Under the pieces are notes generated by a model, which was not told the DNA's origin, did not search any database, and saw nothing but the letters and a program-made list of their open reading frames with translations. A stretch of DNA of 64,000 nucleotides, taken from positions 124,001 to 188,000 of the forward strand of contig JAPEUD010000002.1 in NCBI GenBank assembly GCA_026026165.1, read 5' to 3'. Each line of letters starts with the position of its first letter. Position 1 is the stretch's first letter. The DNA is from Sarea resinae. Taxonomy: Eukaryota. Positions 12,405 to 26,627 of this stretch are shown here, piece by piece. Both the position numbers and the translations under genes were made by a program.

Positions 12405-15400
12405 ATGGGGAGGATCAAGAAAACGGCCGGGCCAAAGCATGAAGCTACTCTCGTGAGTTGACCAGAGCGCATGCTGATCAGGATCAAAGCTAATCATGAT
12501 GGATGATAAGTCGCCGGCACTAGCCGCGTTCATCAAGACCGCCGTCGACCTCCCGCTGTCACAGCTACCTTCACACCTTTCTTCGTTCCCGAGCCGATGG
12601 CCTTTTCCACGAGGGGACCTGTATCACTGGATACCAGTTCTCAATCGCTTTGATCATATTCTAGAGCTCTTCAACGAAGAATATGGCTTGAATACAGGGC
12701 CCCAAACACAACCATTCAAACGTGGGGTTCTGTGTCGAGGAGATACCGACGATGGCAAGCCGTCTCCACCGTCCGGAACCGATGACGCGGGGCTGGACCT
12801 ACTCGGGTTTGGTGAAGAGGGTGATAGAGAACTGATCGAGGCCTTGCTGTCGTTTTCCAGAATCCTTCTGGAGAACTGCGGCAACCGGAGTCTTTATGCT
12901 AGCAGCGGACGTCTCAATGATCTCTTGAATACCACGTCTCTATCACTGCTTTCATGTACGCTTCGACTCGGCGTCCGTCTGGCTCAGCGGTATTATGCGT
13001 CGCGCCAGCGCACAGCGTCATCTCTCCAGCACGTCAGCGCCGCTCTTCTTGCAAGCCATTACAACATCAATCTAGACAAGGTACATAGCCTCGCTCTCCC
13101 GTTCTCGAAGTCCACGCTTCAAGGATCGCATGCCCAATGGAGCACCTCGACTCCGACAGGCACCCCATCTGGAAAGGGCAAGGAGAGAGTCTCTCAAACC
13201 GTCTCCGCTGCACCCGGCTCGTCTCCCTCAATCTTGGGCACGGATCTTGTTGCTTTCGTTAAAGATGATTCGCATAAGAGAAAGGGGACGGAGAGTGAAT
13301 CAAACTCGGCAGAGGACCAGGATTGGGCGGAATGGGGCTGTCTCCGATATCTCTTCTACGCTGAGCATCATGCGTCGGACTCGCAAAAATCTGGCACCCA
13401 AGACTCAGGACCGGGATCTGAACCGTCAGGGCCGGAGTCACCAACACCTGTTCGCAGAGTCTCGAGCCTTGGGCCTCATCACACACCAAGACCAAATAGA
13501 ACCTCTACTTCGGACGACGTCTCGACCCCCGTTCATTCACCATCACAAAAGCCCGAGGACCGTCAGGACGGTGGCTTGAAGGCGATGGAGGTACCCGTGT
13601 CAATGGTATCATCCTGCCCGATTCTCAAAGTCCTCCGAGCCAGCCTACCTGAGCTTCCTCAGAACAGTCACTATGAGTTTATGAGTAAATTACGGACGGC
13701 TTACGGTCTATCAACTTCTCTTGAGAGTCGACGCGAGTTGGTAGCGATTCGAATGCTTGCCATCACCAACCTGGCATACATTCATCCCGAAACCTCGTTC
13801 CAGCAAAAGATTCTCCAACAGGACTCAGATGAACCTCGACGTCTCCAGCTTGCTTATCAGCTTGCAGAGCTCGTCCACCCTTCTGGAACTGGTTCCCCTT
13901 CTATCCCACGGCATATACAAACATTGGCTTTGGGGACTTTGGAAGGGCTCGCAAAGCATAAGAGCAAGGCGGCCGACGTGTGCGCTGCACTTAGCGTCAA
14001 TGTTAATCATGGTGTCCTTCTTTATGTAATTCGCAAAGCCATTGCGGAATTGGGCGCTGAGGATGGCGTGGGAGACAGTATGATCGATGACGAGTGGCGA
14101 GAAGCTCTATTCTCTCTGCTAGGTACCTTGCCAACATCTACTCCTCGAACTGGTGAAGCTCTGATCGCTGCTGGACTACTCCAAATCCTGAGCGAGGCTC
14201 TCACTCTTCGAACCGCCAAGGCAGAGCGTAACCACCCAAAAGTTTTGAATTTCCTGGACACTTTCGTGTATGGCATTCGAGATGCTTTCCAGACACTGGC
14301 TAATGCTAGAGGCCTTGATATAATCTCCGATCTTACTGCGTACGAAGTCGACTCTGCCTTTGAACGTGCGAAATCAGGAGAGGGGATGCCATCAGAGTAC
14401 CGAAACCAAGTCACCGATTACCAGATTCCCTTTTTTCAGCAACAGACTCTTAGGTGGCTTTTCAAGTTCATAAATCATATGATGTCACATAGCGGAGGAA
14501 ATTTCGATCGGCTGTTGAGGAATCTGATCGATTCACCGCAGTTGCTTGGTGGCCTTCGGACCGTGCTCGGCAATTCCAATGTCTTTGGATCGAGCGTGTG
14601 GAGTGGCGCCGTCAACATTTTGAGCAATTTCATACATAACGAACCAACGAGTTATGCCGTTATCGCGGAAGCAGGACTAAGCAAAGGTTTGCTGCAAGCG
14701 GTGACTCAAAAGGAGATTGTTCTACCGGAGGAACCGCAGAGTCAACCCGGGGGGGATAGCGAGCTGCCTACGGCTGAAACGCGAACCTTGCCCGAGGGTG
14801 AAGATACTGTTACAGAGGACGAGGGAGGCCAAAGCCAAGAGCACGTCACTCGAGAAGGCTTTGCCGAAAACACTCGTATCAAGCGAAAGGTCAAGGTTCT
14901 GCAAGCTCGAGAAGGTCCTCTCGCCCAAGGGATATTACCCGCTACTGATGCTATTGCTGCTGTGCCGCAAGCTTTTGGCGCGATCTGTCTTAACTCGGCT
15001 GGTATGAAATTGTTCCAAGCTTCTGATGCTCTGGAGAGCTTCTTTGAAATATTTGAGAGCCCGGAGCACGTCAAATGTTTGGAGTCCGAGATCGATCTAC
15101 CAAGTATACTGGGAAGTTCATTCGATGAGCTTGTCCGCCACCATCCGCCTCTCAAGTCATCTGTGATGTCATCGGTCTTAGTCATGATTGCCCGCGTTGA
15201 CTTTCTATGCCATACCAGAGCTTGGTCAAAGGGCGTGGGCGCGAAGCTGTGGGTTGAAAGCGACGATGGCCAAGTAACAGTTGCCGGTGGACGAAAGTCT
15301 TTGTACGGCGAAGGCGGGCCTTTCCATAAGAACGAACAAGAAGCTTTCGATAAGGCCAAGGAGAACTTGGACGCTGATCAGACCATTGACGTGGAGATGA

Positions 15401-18400
15401 CGGACGCAGGTGTCACTCCGAAAAATGCTCTCAGTGGGGATGAAACAGTGTCCTTAGAAGATCTCTCAGAGAAAGAGGATGCGACTAACGGGCCGTCGGT
15501 GTCGACATATATCAATGTCGCTGTGAAATTCCTCTCAGGATTTTTTGCTAATACCTCGCTCTGCTCATCTTTCATCGAAATGGGAGGGGTAGAGTATGTC
15601 CTGGACTTTACGACTCTTCCAAGCCTGCCGTATGACTTCAACAGCCAAGCTGCTAGTCAGGAGCTTGCAAGGGTCATCCACATGCTTGTCGAACAGAAAC
15701 CTCATTTGGTACTACCGTCTCTCATAAAACGAACGCTCAAAGCTGCGGATGCCTTGGGCCCGTTCTGCGATCATAATGATGCTTCTGCTTTTTTTGCTCC
15801 CCTGACGACATTCGATGATTCAACTCACCATGGAAATGAAGAGCAAGCTCAGCATCTCAAGGCTAATGGAACCCAATACGTCAAGTCTCTCGTGGCCGTT
15901 CACACGTTGAGCAATGTTCTTTATGAGACCTTTTCACAGCCAATGTTTAATCATCGCTCCTCTCATACTGTGTTCAGTCAAGTGAACCTGGCAGATATGT
16001 ATGTGAAGCTTGTCAACTCACTTGGGCGCTTGCATCGGGCTTGTGTGTGGGAAGAGGTCCTATTGCAGAAAAACATCCCTGATCCCTGGAAAGAAGCCAC
16101 ACAGATCAAAGGGTTCGGGTTTGGGAACGAAGATGCCGACGAGATGCCGTCTTCTCGATCACGGCGAGACGAAACACAAACTGGCCCAGTGGCAGATACT
16201 GGAGCATTGGAGAGTCGGCCCAGCTCGGCTGTAGATCCCGCCACGTCATCTAGCACGGAGAAGAGCGAGCAAGACAAGAAAGCCGATCTGGAGCGTGATC
16301 AGAAAACCGCTCAGTACAAGAACGTGCAAATACTTCGCTACCTCTTAAGCCAGATCCAGTCCTCCATAACTCCCTTTTTTCAAGGACTCGGCAAGGTTCT
16401 AGTCGCCAAGCGCGGGCTAGATCCGTACCCCAAGCAAAATGCTGTCATGGTTGCCGATGCTCTTGCAGAAGCTGCTCTTGAGCAACTAAGATTCCCAGCC
16501 TTAGAAAAAGCTCTTGCCGTACAGGATCGCTATGCATATTGGATCGCAATACTATCATCCATCTCCCAACTCATGATTGAGGGCCCGATCGAGCGCCCTC
16601 ATCCTCAGAGTCTTACGCTAGTCCTCCAGGCTTTCAAGAATATGGGAGGACTTGATACTCTAAAGCACATACTGGAGGTTTTCTTCGAGGAGGTCAAAAC
16701 CCTCGCGCCGAACGAAGAGCAGCAGGACTTGGATCAAGACGTTTCCGCTCGGCTTACATCGGCGTATGGAGGAATAAAAATAATCCTCAATTTCTATTCT
16801 CAGATAACTACCGCAAAGAACATCGTCGAAGCCAGTCAAACCACAGCTATAGCATCGAGGGAGAGAGATAAAGACAAGCCGGATTACTTCTCTCCCGGCC
16901 AATTCCTCGTCGAGCTGCGAGCTGCTGTGCTGCCAAGTGTACGATCAATGTGGGAATCTGACTTTGTGGACAAGGCTTCAAGCTCTATTGTCAAAAACCT
17001 CATTGAGATCCTCAGAATCGTCCTGGAAGGTGACCACGAGCAGGGCGCCTCCAGACGGGCTGATAAGGTCCCGCCTCGGGGGAAAGCCTCGTTCAAAGCT
17101 TGGAAAGCTAATTCGGAGCACTTAACCAAACTAACGGAGAAGAAATACGATCCGAATCTGGCACGTGAAGCACTATATCGATCAAACAATAATCTCAATA
17201 TGGCCCAAGAATACTGCGTTTCTCAGCAAGGCCATTTTAGAGTATCTCGGAACCCTATCCCTGATTATGAGAGCCAGCAGCTTCCGGCGAGATCTCGTTC
17301 TTCCCCGCATCAACCGGATTCTGAAGCACCTGCGGCCGACAGTTCCGACCTTTCGGACAACGTGCAAGCCACAATGGCCCCACCTGTAGGTCCCGATGGC
17401 CATTCGGTGCTTTTGGAGGATGCTCAAGTCACAGTCAATGAGTCAAATGGTGACGGTTCCGCCATCAGAATAATGTCTACGCCCCCTATTCCTGGTAGTC
17501 TGGATGACGAAAGCCCGGAGGATCAAGGCCTCCTCGCAATGAGCATTGACAACATCCTGGGCAGCGTCGGCATACCTGTGCATGAGGAACTTGCAAGCGG
17601 TAGCGGCGAAGCTACCGGGCGTACTTCTCCATCTCCCAACCGTGTTGAGGGAATCGAAGCTGGGAAGCTCCCCGAAGTGGTAACTCTCGATGATCTCGAC
17701 GACGAGCGATCTGCCATACGAGAAAATCTCATTGACCGCGCGTTGGATGTATTGAACGTCCACAGCGATGTCACATTTGAGCTAGCAGATTTAATTAACT
17801 CGGCTGTTACTAAAGATGGAGACTCCCAGAGTCTTCGAAGAGAGATTGGAGAGACCCTCGTGCAGTCACTCATCTCGTTGCAGATCGACGAGGACTTCAG
17901 GCCGGCCGGCAAGAAGATTGCGGCCTATGCACATCTTCTTGCCTTAGTTCTGCAGGAAAAGGAGTTTTACGAAGCGACGCTGGACGAGTTGAAGGAAAAT
18001 TTCTCGACTCTCTTAGGGTTCGTCCGAGTCTTTCCCGATCAGTCTGCTGAACAATCTTCTTCTTGGATCGGCAATGTTCTTTTAATCATCGAGAGACTCC
18101 TCGCGGAAGATGCTCAACCGCACCAAATCAAGTGGACAGCGCCTAGCATTGATAATCCGAGAGCCGTAAGCCCGATTGCTGAGCTGAGTGAGCCAGTCGT
18201 TCCCGCTGAGGAGAAAGCTGCTCTCTTCGAAGCGCTCTTGGAGGTCCTGCCACGGATCGGAAAGGACGAGTCCCTAGCTCTTTCAGTTGTTCGGACGCTG
18301 GTGATTTTGACCCGTAATCGCGAGCTTGCGATTCGCCTCGGTCAGAAGAAGAACATGCAACGACTCTTCGTCATGGTCAAGCAACTTGCTGGGATCACGA

Positions 18401-21400
18401 ATGAGAGACTTCAAAGCGCTTTCATGCTAGTCTTGAGGCACGTAATTGAGGATGAAGAAACTCTGAAGCAAATCATGAGGAGTGAAATTGTCGCCATGTT
18501 CCAAACTCGGCATCAGCGCCAAACAGATACGACCGTGTACACTCGTCAAATGTATCACCTTGTTCTTCGCTCACCAGAGATTTTCGTCGAGATAACAAAC
18601 GAGAAGCTCAAGCTTCCGCGCTACGATTCGACTCAACGCCCACAAATGCTTGCATTAAAGAAAGAGGAGAAGTCAGACATTGAGACCACCGAAGCGCCAG
18701 CTGAGGAGATTGCGTCAACCCAAGAAGCCAGTGACGCGCAAGAAATGGACGGCGTTAGAATATCGACCGAGGCAGAAAACAAAGAGGCCAACGAAAAGCC
18801 CAAAGGCCCCGAAATTAAGCCTCCAGTCATCGAACACCCCGATGGTGTCATCCATTATCTGCTCTGCGAGCTCCTATCCTACAAGGATGTTGAAGATAAG
18901 GAGCAGAATGCAAATATCCAGCAGACAAGCAAGGAGGTAGGAATACCAGGTCAACCAAACCAGTCAGGTACGGCAGATGTCAATATGGACGATACCGAAG
19001 GTTCTTCCTCGCCAACCCCAACACCTGCAAATCAAGAGACCAAGAAGTCTGAGAAGCCGGAATTCAAGGCCGATCAACACCCTATCTACGTTTACCGATG
19101 CTTCCTTTTGCAATGCTTGACTGAACTCTTGTCTTGTTACAATCGCACCAAAATCGAGTTTATAAACTTCTCTCGCAAAGCAGATCCGCAAGCGACAACT
19201 CCTTCGAAGCCTCGATCTGGCGTTCTAAACTATCTTTTGAACGCAATCATTCCAATTGGAACCCTTAATCATGGTGAAGACATCGCTTTTCGAAAGCGAT
19301 ACTCAACTTCGAACTGGGCTATTTCAGTCGTGGTTGCCCTTTGCTCAAAGACGGGAGAACGGGAATTTGACAAGTCGAAAGATACTTCTGACACAGACGA
19401 CGAGCCAGACCTTCTTTTCGTTCGCAAATTCGTTCTCGAGCATGCATTGAAAGCTTACAAAGATGCTCATACATCGAGTGAGGCATTGGACATTAAATAT
19501 GCTCGCATGATGAATCTTGCCGATCTTTTCAACCGCATGTTGACCGGGAAGCCCAATTCTGGAGGCAACAATGTCGGGTCAGATTTGCTCCTCATGTCTC
19601 AGAAGCAGTTGGCCAGAACGATGTTCGAGAAAAATTTCATTGCTGCCTTGACAAGTTCAATTGCAGATATTGACCTTAATTTCCCTTGCGCTAAACGAGC
19701 AGTGAAATACATCCTTCGTCCGCTCAAGCTTCTTACCCAGACTGCCATCGACCTAAGTCTCTCATCGAGCCTGTCAACCACTCCAGGGCAGACGGATGAC
19801 GATGAAATTTCGACAGCTTCATCGGTTTCCGATCCAGATATAAGCCGAGAGGAGACGCCAGATTTATTCCGTAACTCCACTCTGGGGATGTTGGAGCCCG
19901 GCAGGGAGGAGGAAACCAGTTCCGAATCATCAGAAGGTAAAGTGCCGCCACACTTATCGAACTTGGTCATTGCAATTCAATTAACTTTTTTCTTAGGTGA
20001 TGAGGATATGTACGAAGACGAGTTTGACGACGAAATGGAATACGATGAAGACATCCCTGGTGAAGACGGAGACGTTGTCAGTGATGAAGATGAGGAAATT
20101 GAAGGCATGGAGCATATGGAGGGCCTCCCAGGAGATGTTGGTATGGACGTTGAAGTCGTTATCGATGATGGCGACGATGATGAGGAGCCAACCGACGACG
20201 ATGATGAGGATGAAATGGGTGAAGGGGAAGATGATATCTCCATCGAGGATGAAGTGGAAGGTGATGACAATGGAAGTCTAGAAGGAGATGAAGATGAAGA
20301 GTGGCAAAGCGAGGAGGAGGATGGAGAAGATTATGACGGAGATGAACTCATCGGAGTTCACGAACTGGACCATGGACATGTCGATAGCCCGATAGAGCAT
20401 ATCGTGCGAGCTCTGGAGGGAGATGAAGGCTACGAAGGTCCCTCGATGCTCGAACGTCTAGAAGGGGGCGATCTTGATATGGATCTAGATCCTGAAGGTT
20501 ACATGGAGGATGACATGGGCGAAGATGAAGAGGATGAGGATGATGAGGACGACATGGAGGAGGATGACGTTATCTACGAACCTGATATGGAAGATGATGA
20601 AGCTGGGATGCCCAACATGCCGTGGGGCTGGGATTCCGACGAACCGCGACTATTGGCTCGTGGGCACCACCACCACCACCACCGTGGTCCCAGTCCATGG
20701 TCTATTCTTCCACCTGGCGGGCCTGCGGATCGAGGAATGTTCGGTAAGTCGTCAATCAGATGGGATTATAGAATAATTGCTGAATATCTTGTAGTTCCCG
20801 CTTACCGCTCTCATCGCCCCACCGGAGCCAATCGTGGAAACGATGATGGTAGCAATCCTCTTCTTCAGCGGTCGGGCGGTCAAGGGACCGGTGGCATATC
20901 TGGACGAGGAGGTCGCCCTGAAGCCATGAGTGATTGGGTACATGCTATTGATCCTCACAACGCAGGCCGTGGCTTCTTCTCATCAGACAGTCCGGTATCG
21001 CTCATCAATAATCTCATAACAGCCGTTGGCCAAGCTGGTGGTCCAGGCCTCGGGGCTTTCCATCATCACGGCGGCGCCTTGCATTTCCACATTGCTGGAG
21101 GCCCGTCTGGAATGCTCCCACGCGAGCTTCAAGCTCTTATGGGCACGAGACGCCCCCCTCAGGACAGTTCCCGTCAGTCTCGGGACGATCCAGCTATGGC
21201 GGTTAGCTTTGTCCCAACTGTCACTACCAACCGCTGGCAGGATGAAGCGCGTCTGCTCTTTGGTTCTAGCTACGTGGAAAAGACGCAACGTGTCATCAAT
21301 TCACTACTTCGGGTCATGGTTCCACCAGCCATGGAGGAAGAGAAGCTCCGCAAGGAAAGACAAGCCGAAGAGCTGCGTAAACTACGAGAGGAACGAGAGA

Positions 21401-24400
21401 AAAAGGCCGAAGAAGACCGATTGGCGAGAGAAAAGGCAGAGCAAGAAGCCAAAGAAAAGCGTGAACAAGAAGAGCGTGAGGCTGCCGAGAGAGCTGCTGC
21501 CGAGGCAGAAGCAGCTGCTGCGCGATCTCAGGAAGAAGGTGCAGCAGACGAGGCCGAAGCCTCTGCAGAGGCAGCTCAGCAATCAGCTGATGGCCAAGAA
21601 ATGGAGGGTATTGAAACTTCACAGCCAGCCGATCTTACTGGCGATCCAGCCGAAGCTGGACCGTCGGAACCGCAGGCTCGTGTCCACACGACCATTCGTG
21701 GGCGGGAACTCGACATAACAGGCATGGAAATTGACCCCGAGTACCTCGAAGCGTTGCCGGAAGAGCTTCGAGAGGAGGTGTTGATGCACCAGCTCGCCGA
21801 GCAACGGTCGCAGGCAGCAGCTGCCGGAGAGGAACCAACTGATATCAGCCGCGAATTCCTTGAGGCATTGCCAGCAGAGATCAGAGAGGAGCTTCTGCAG
21901 CAAGAAGCGCAAGATCGTCGACGTCGTGAACGAGAAGAGGCACGCCGACGTGCAGCCTCTAATAGTGGATCTGCCGCTCGCGCAGAAGATATGGATCCTG
22001 CAAGCTTTTTGGCCTCTCTCGAACCTACACTTCGACAAGCTGTTCTGATGGAACAGGATGAAGAAGTCCTTGCGCAATTGCCCCAGTCGATCGCGGCCGA
22101 AGCGAGGGCTTTAGGTGGCGACCGCCGTTTGCATCAATTCATGGACATACCCCATGTTGGTCGCGCACGAGAAATAGCTCAAGGAAACATTGCAGCGGAA
22201 CAAGCTAGCAAAAAGCCTCAGCGGAGACAGATCATTCAAATGCTCGACAAAGCTGGTGTTGCTACTTTGCTTCGGCTCATGTTCATCCCTCAGCAAGGTA
22301 GTGCTCGACACTCTCTCAATGGCATTCTTCAGAACGTCTGCGAAAATCGTCAAAATCGTGCCGAGGTTGTCAGCATGATTCTTCATATCCTCCAGGATGG
22401 AAGTGCGGATCTAACGGCTGTCGAGCGGAGCTTTGCTCACTTGTCTCTTCGTGCGAAGCCAGCAACGTCGCAGAAAACACCACAGCCAGTGAAACGGACT
22501 TTGACGGGCCAATTCACGCCAGGCACAGCAGAATTATCGCCGTTGATGGTTGTTCAACAGTGTTTGAGCTCCTTGGTGTTCTTGACTCAATACAATCCTC
22601 ACATTCCCTCCTTTTTCTTGACAGAACATGAGGGATCTCTGGGCTTGAAAAGCCGTTCTAGCCGCAAAGGCAAAGGCAAGGAAAGCAGAGCAAGCAAGTT
22701 CCCGCTTAATGCTTTACTCAGTCTTCTAGACCGCAAGCTTATCATGGAAAATTCTACGGTCATGGAGCACTTATCAAGCTTGCTCAACAGTATAACTCAC
22801 CCACTTACGATGTTGTTGAAGAGAGACAGAGAGAAGGATGACGACGAACCCGACGGGGACAACGTGGCGACACCATCCGCTTCAGCAGCCGCAGCTTCTG
22901 CTGAACAAGCAGTTCCGGATGAGCCTGATCAACATATCCCTGACGCCCCGGCAGTCGCAGAAGGCGAATCGCAGACAGCCGATCCTGATGCAAATAGGGA
23001 GGGCAAGGCTGATGGTGATGTGGAGAAGACCAAGAAGCAACGAAGTCTCACGCCACCCATTGTCCCCGAAGCCAACCTTCGTCTTGTCGTTAACATCCTC
23101 GCCGCGCGGGAATGCAGTGCCAAAACATTCCGGGACACACTGTCAACCATCAATAATCTATCCGCTATCCCAGAAGCCAAAGGTATCTTTGGGAAGGAGC
23201 TCATCAAGCAAGCTCAAGACCTTGCTCAGTCTATCCTGAAGGACCTGGACGATCTAGTTGATCAGATCAAGCAAGCTAAAACAGGCACTGATGTCCAAGG
23301 GATGGCCCTTGCAAAGTTTTCACCCGCGAGCTCCGATCAGGCGAAATTACTACGTGTTCTTACCGCGTTAGATTACCTTTTTGACACCAAGCGTAACGAC
23401 AACAAGGTCAAATCTGATGACGGCAAGAATAAGGAGAGCGAAGCTATCAAGGACGACTTGCTCACCACTCTCTATGAGAATTCCACGTTTGGTCCTCTTT
23501 GGAACAAACTTAGCGAATGCCTCAGTGCGATCCGTTCTAGAGATAATATGCTTAATGTCGCTACAATACTTCTTCCGTTGGTTGAAGCTCTCATGGTCGT
23601 CTGCAAAAACACCACACTCAAAGATGCACCGATCCTAAAAGCACAGCAGCGAGACTTTGCTGCTGTCAGTCCTCCACCAGAGTCTCCTATGGAGAACCTC
23701 TTCTTCAATTTCACCGAAGAGCACCGCAAGATCCTCAATGACCTTGTTCGTCAGAATCCAAAGCTCATGAGCGGAACATTTTCTCTGCTCGTCAAGAATC
23801 CGAAAGTATTGGAATTTGATAACAAGAGAAACTATTTCACGCGGCGCTTACATTCTCGCGGTGCGGAGGCAAGGCATCCTCAACCCCCTCTACAGCTTCA
23901 GGTCCGCCGCGATCAAGTCTTCCTGGACTCCTTCAAATCTCTGTACTTCAAGTCTGGCGATGAAATGAAGTATGGAAAGCTCAGTATCCGATTCCACGGA
24001 GAGGAGGGTGTTGATGCTGGTGGTGTTACAAGGGAGTGGTTCCAGGTTTTGTCAAGGCAAATGTTCAACCCAGATTACGCTTTGTTCACTCCGGTAGCCT
24101 CGGACCGTACAACCTTTCACCCGAATCGACTCAGTTCAGTCAACCAAGAGCATTTCATGTTCTTCAAATTCATTGGCCGCATTATCGGTAAGGCTCTGTA
24201 TGAAGGTCGTGTGCTCGACTGTCATTTCAGCAGAGCAGTCTACAAACGCATCCTCGGCAAGCCAGTCTCAATCAAGGACATGGAGACTCTAGATCTCGAT
24301 TACTACAAGTCGTTGGTTTGGATGTTAGGGAACGACATCACCGACATCATTACGGAGACTTTTGCTGTGGAGACCGAGGCCTTCGGTGAGAGCCAAATCA

Positions 24401-25072
24401 TCGATCTGATTGAAAATGGACGTAATATCCCCGTGACCGAAGAAAACAAGCATGAATATGTCCGACTGGTAGTTGAGTACCGCTTGACAGGATCCGTCCA
24501 GGAACAACTAGAACACTTCTTGCGAGGTAATTCAGATCGTACATGAGCTCGATCCTCAATTTACTGACAAATTTCTTATAGGCTTTCATGACATTGTCCC
24601 CGCGGATCTGATTTCGATCTTCAACGAACAGGAGCTGGAGTTACTGATCTCTGGGCTTCCTGACATTGATGTGGATGATTGGAAGAACAACACTGAATAC
24701 CACAACTATTCAGCCTCATCCCCACAGATACAATGGTTTTGGAGAGCAGTCCGTTCATTTGATAAGGAAGAACGAGCTAAGCTCTTGCAATTCGTCACGG
24801 GTACGAGCAAAGTGCCACTCAATGGCTTCAAGGAACTCGAGGGTATGAATGGTTTCAGCAGATTCAATATCCATCGTGATTATGGCAGTAAAGAACGACT
24901 GCCTAGCTCGCACACATGCTTCAATCGTAAGCTTACTCTTGACTTGACGTTTAAGTGCAATAACTAATTCCATGCAGAGCTGGATCTTCCCGAGTACGAA
25001 AATTACGACAGTTTGAGGAAGCATGTTTACATTGCTATGACAGCTGGAGGGGAGTATTTCGGGTTCGCATAG
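12405..25072 (+). CDS. TOM1: HECT E3 ubiquitin ligase Tom1/HUWE1 (~4000 aa)
   Basis: MGRIKK start, [19 protein letters not shown] (DUF908), acidic region, UBM-like [17 protein letters not shown] repeats, [19 protein letters not shown] ... LPSSHTCFN ... YFGFA*; introns 12453-12510, 19937-19996, 20744-20794, 24527-24581, 24927-24977. Confidence 0.97.
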
Positions 25073-25599
25073 ACTCTGCTAGACCAAGCTACAGAGTGAA
25101 ATTGGCAATGTTTTATTTTACGAAGCGACGGGCATGACAAGTACGCATTTGACGGCGCAAGCAAGATCCCTTCATGTAATCCTTCTTTTCGATTGTCCCC
25201 ATAGGCGTTCGGGAACCAGCCCAGAGCTGGCCGTGATGCATATCCCCTTTCCTTTCTTGTGCTGAATCTTGCCGGCTTCAAGGATAGTTGCTCTGATGAG
25301 TCGCCAGACGATGCGGACGAAGTGCAGGTCGTCTTGCTCGTTTCAGACTCTGGATGGGATCTGTCTTTGAGCTTCTGGTTTGTTGTATTTAGCTTACATT
25401 AGGGGAACATATCCACGAAAGTGCTTTCTCGGGTTTTCTCTTAAGTGATCGTAACGCTCTGGAGTAGGCCGGAGACGAAATAGGCATGAGGGCTTTGTCA
25501 TGCAAATTTTCACTGACAACAATACCTCTATCGTCAATCATGACACAATCATTCCGGATAGCTGCATTTTTGCCTGATTCAGATCAGGAGGCAAAGACG

Positions 25600-26424
25600 T
25601 CATGTCTTTGCTTGCTTCAATCGTTCGTCTACGATCCTAGATACCATCTTCTCAAGCACAGCTACATCTCCTCCAGTCTTGCCCTCGAAATAGCCCGCCA
25701 CACTCTTCTCGACATACTTCCCCACCATATCCACTTCAACGTTGATCTCTTCTCCAGCCTTTTTACCAGCCATGACGACCCTCTCTTGTGTGTACGCAAT
25801 AAGCATAACCTCCCACCATCCATCATCCCCACCTTTCTCTTTCGTGACTGTCAAGCTCGCACCATCCAGCGTGACATACCCCTTCTCGACCACGTAGCGC
25901 AGCACCGATTTATCGCGGGGTTGGAGACGGAAGGTCAACGCGTTGCCGTCGGGGGTGACAGACAGGATTGTCGCAACGGTATCAACATGGCCTTGAACAA
26001 AGTGCCCTCCCATTCGCGTCGAAGCCGATACAGCTCGTTCGAGGTTCACTTTAGAGCCCTTCGTGAGACTGCCGAGGTTTGTCCGTCGGAGGGTTTCTGG
26101 GGCAACGCCCACTTTGAAAGACGACTTGTCGAATTCGGTGACGGTCAGACAAGTGCCTGAAATCATTAAGCAAAGACCCGTTTCCACTAAGAAAGACCGT
26201 AACTGACCATTGACACTGATGCTGTCTCCCAAATGCGCATCCTCTAGTATCTCTTCTGCGTTCGATATGGTCAATGATGTCCCGCCCCCGCCACTAGAGG
26301 TATCATCCTGCTTTTCGAGCGCCGAGACGGCTATTGTTTCCTTGTCAGTTGAGATGAAGAAGTGCCAGGTTGAAATGTTTAGAAAGAACTTACTGCCTAG
26401 GATTTCTACGATTCCGGTAAACAT
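25600..26424 (-). CDS. RIB5: Riboflavin synthase (alpha chain)
   Basis: MFTGIVE start, GDSISVNG/TCLTV, VNLERA, GGHFVQGHVD; introns 26331-26393 and 26157-26207. Confidence 0.96.
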   Translation of the reverse strand: MFTGIVEILGSKFFLNISTWHFFISTDKETIAVSALEKQDDTSSGGGGTSLTISNAEEILEDAHLGDSISVNGQLRSFLVETGLCLMISGTCLTVTEFDKSSFKVGVAPETLRRTNLGSLTKGSKVNLERAVSASTRMGGHFVQGHVDTVATILSVTPDGNALTFRLQPRDKSVLRYVVEKGYVTLDGASLTVTKEKGGDDGWWEVMLIAYTQERVVMAGKKAGEEINVEVDMVGKYVEKSVAGYFEGKTGGDVAVLEKMVSRIVDERLKQAKT

Positions 26425-26627
26425 CTTCGATAGTGTTTTGATTAGAGCAAGGTAGTCTTGACGTACTGCTTGCTCTCCATGAGTGATTATTAGCGAGCCG
26501 GACATGATCTGGACATGATTCAGGTGGGGTGGTGGGGTGGTCGCTTGCTGGAATGAATCATCTGCGCTCCGTAAGACTCAAGAACACCAGACACCAGACA
26601 TCTTTTCAGACATCTTGACAGTTGACA

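Noticed and set aside
12654..24507. Many short antisense/alternate-frame ORFs inside TOM1 (likewise 25486-26160 opposite RIB5 and 39519-40274 opposite the TPR gene)
   Set aside because: Shadow ORFs of real genes, no recognisable domains
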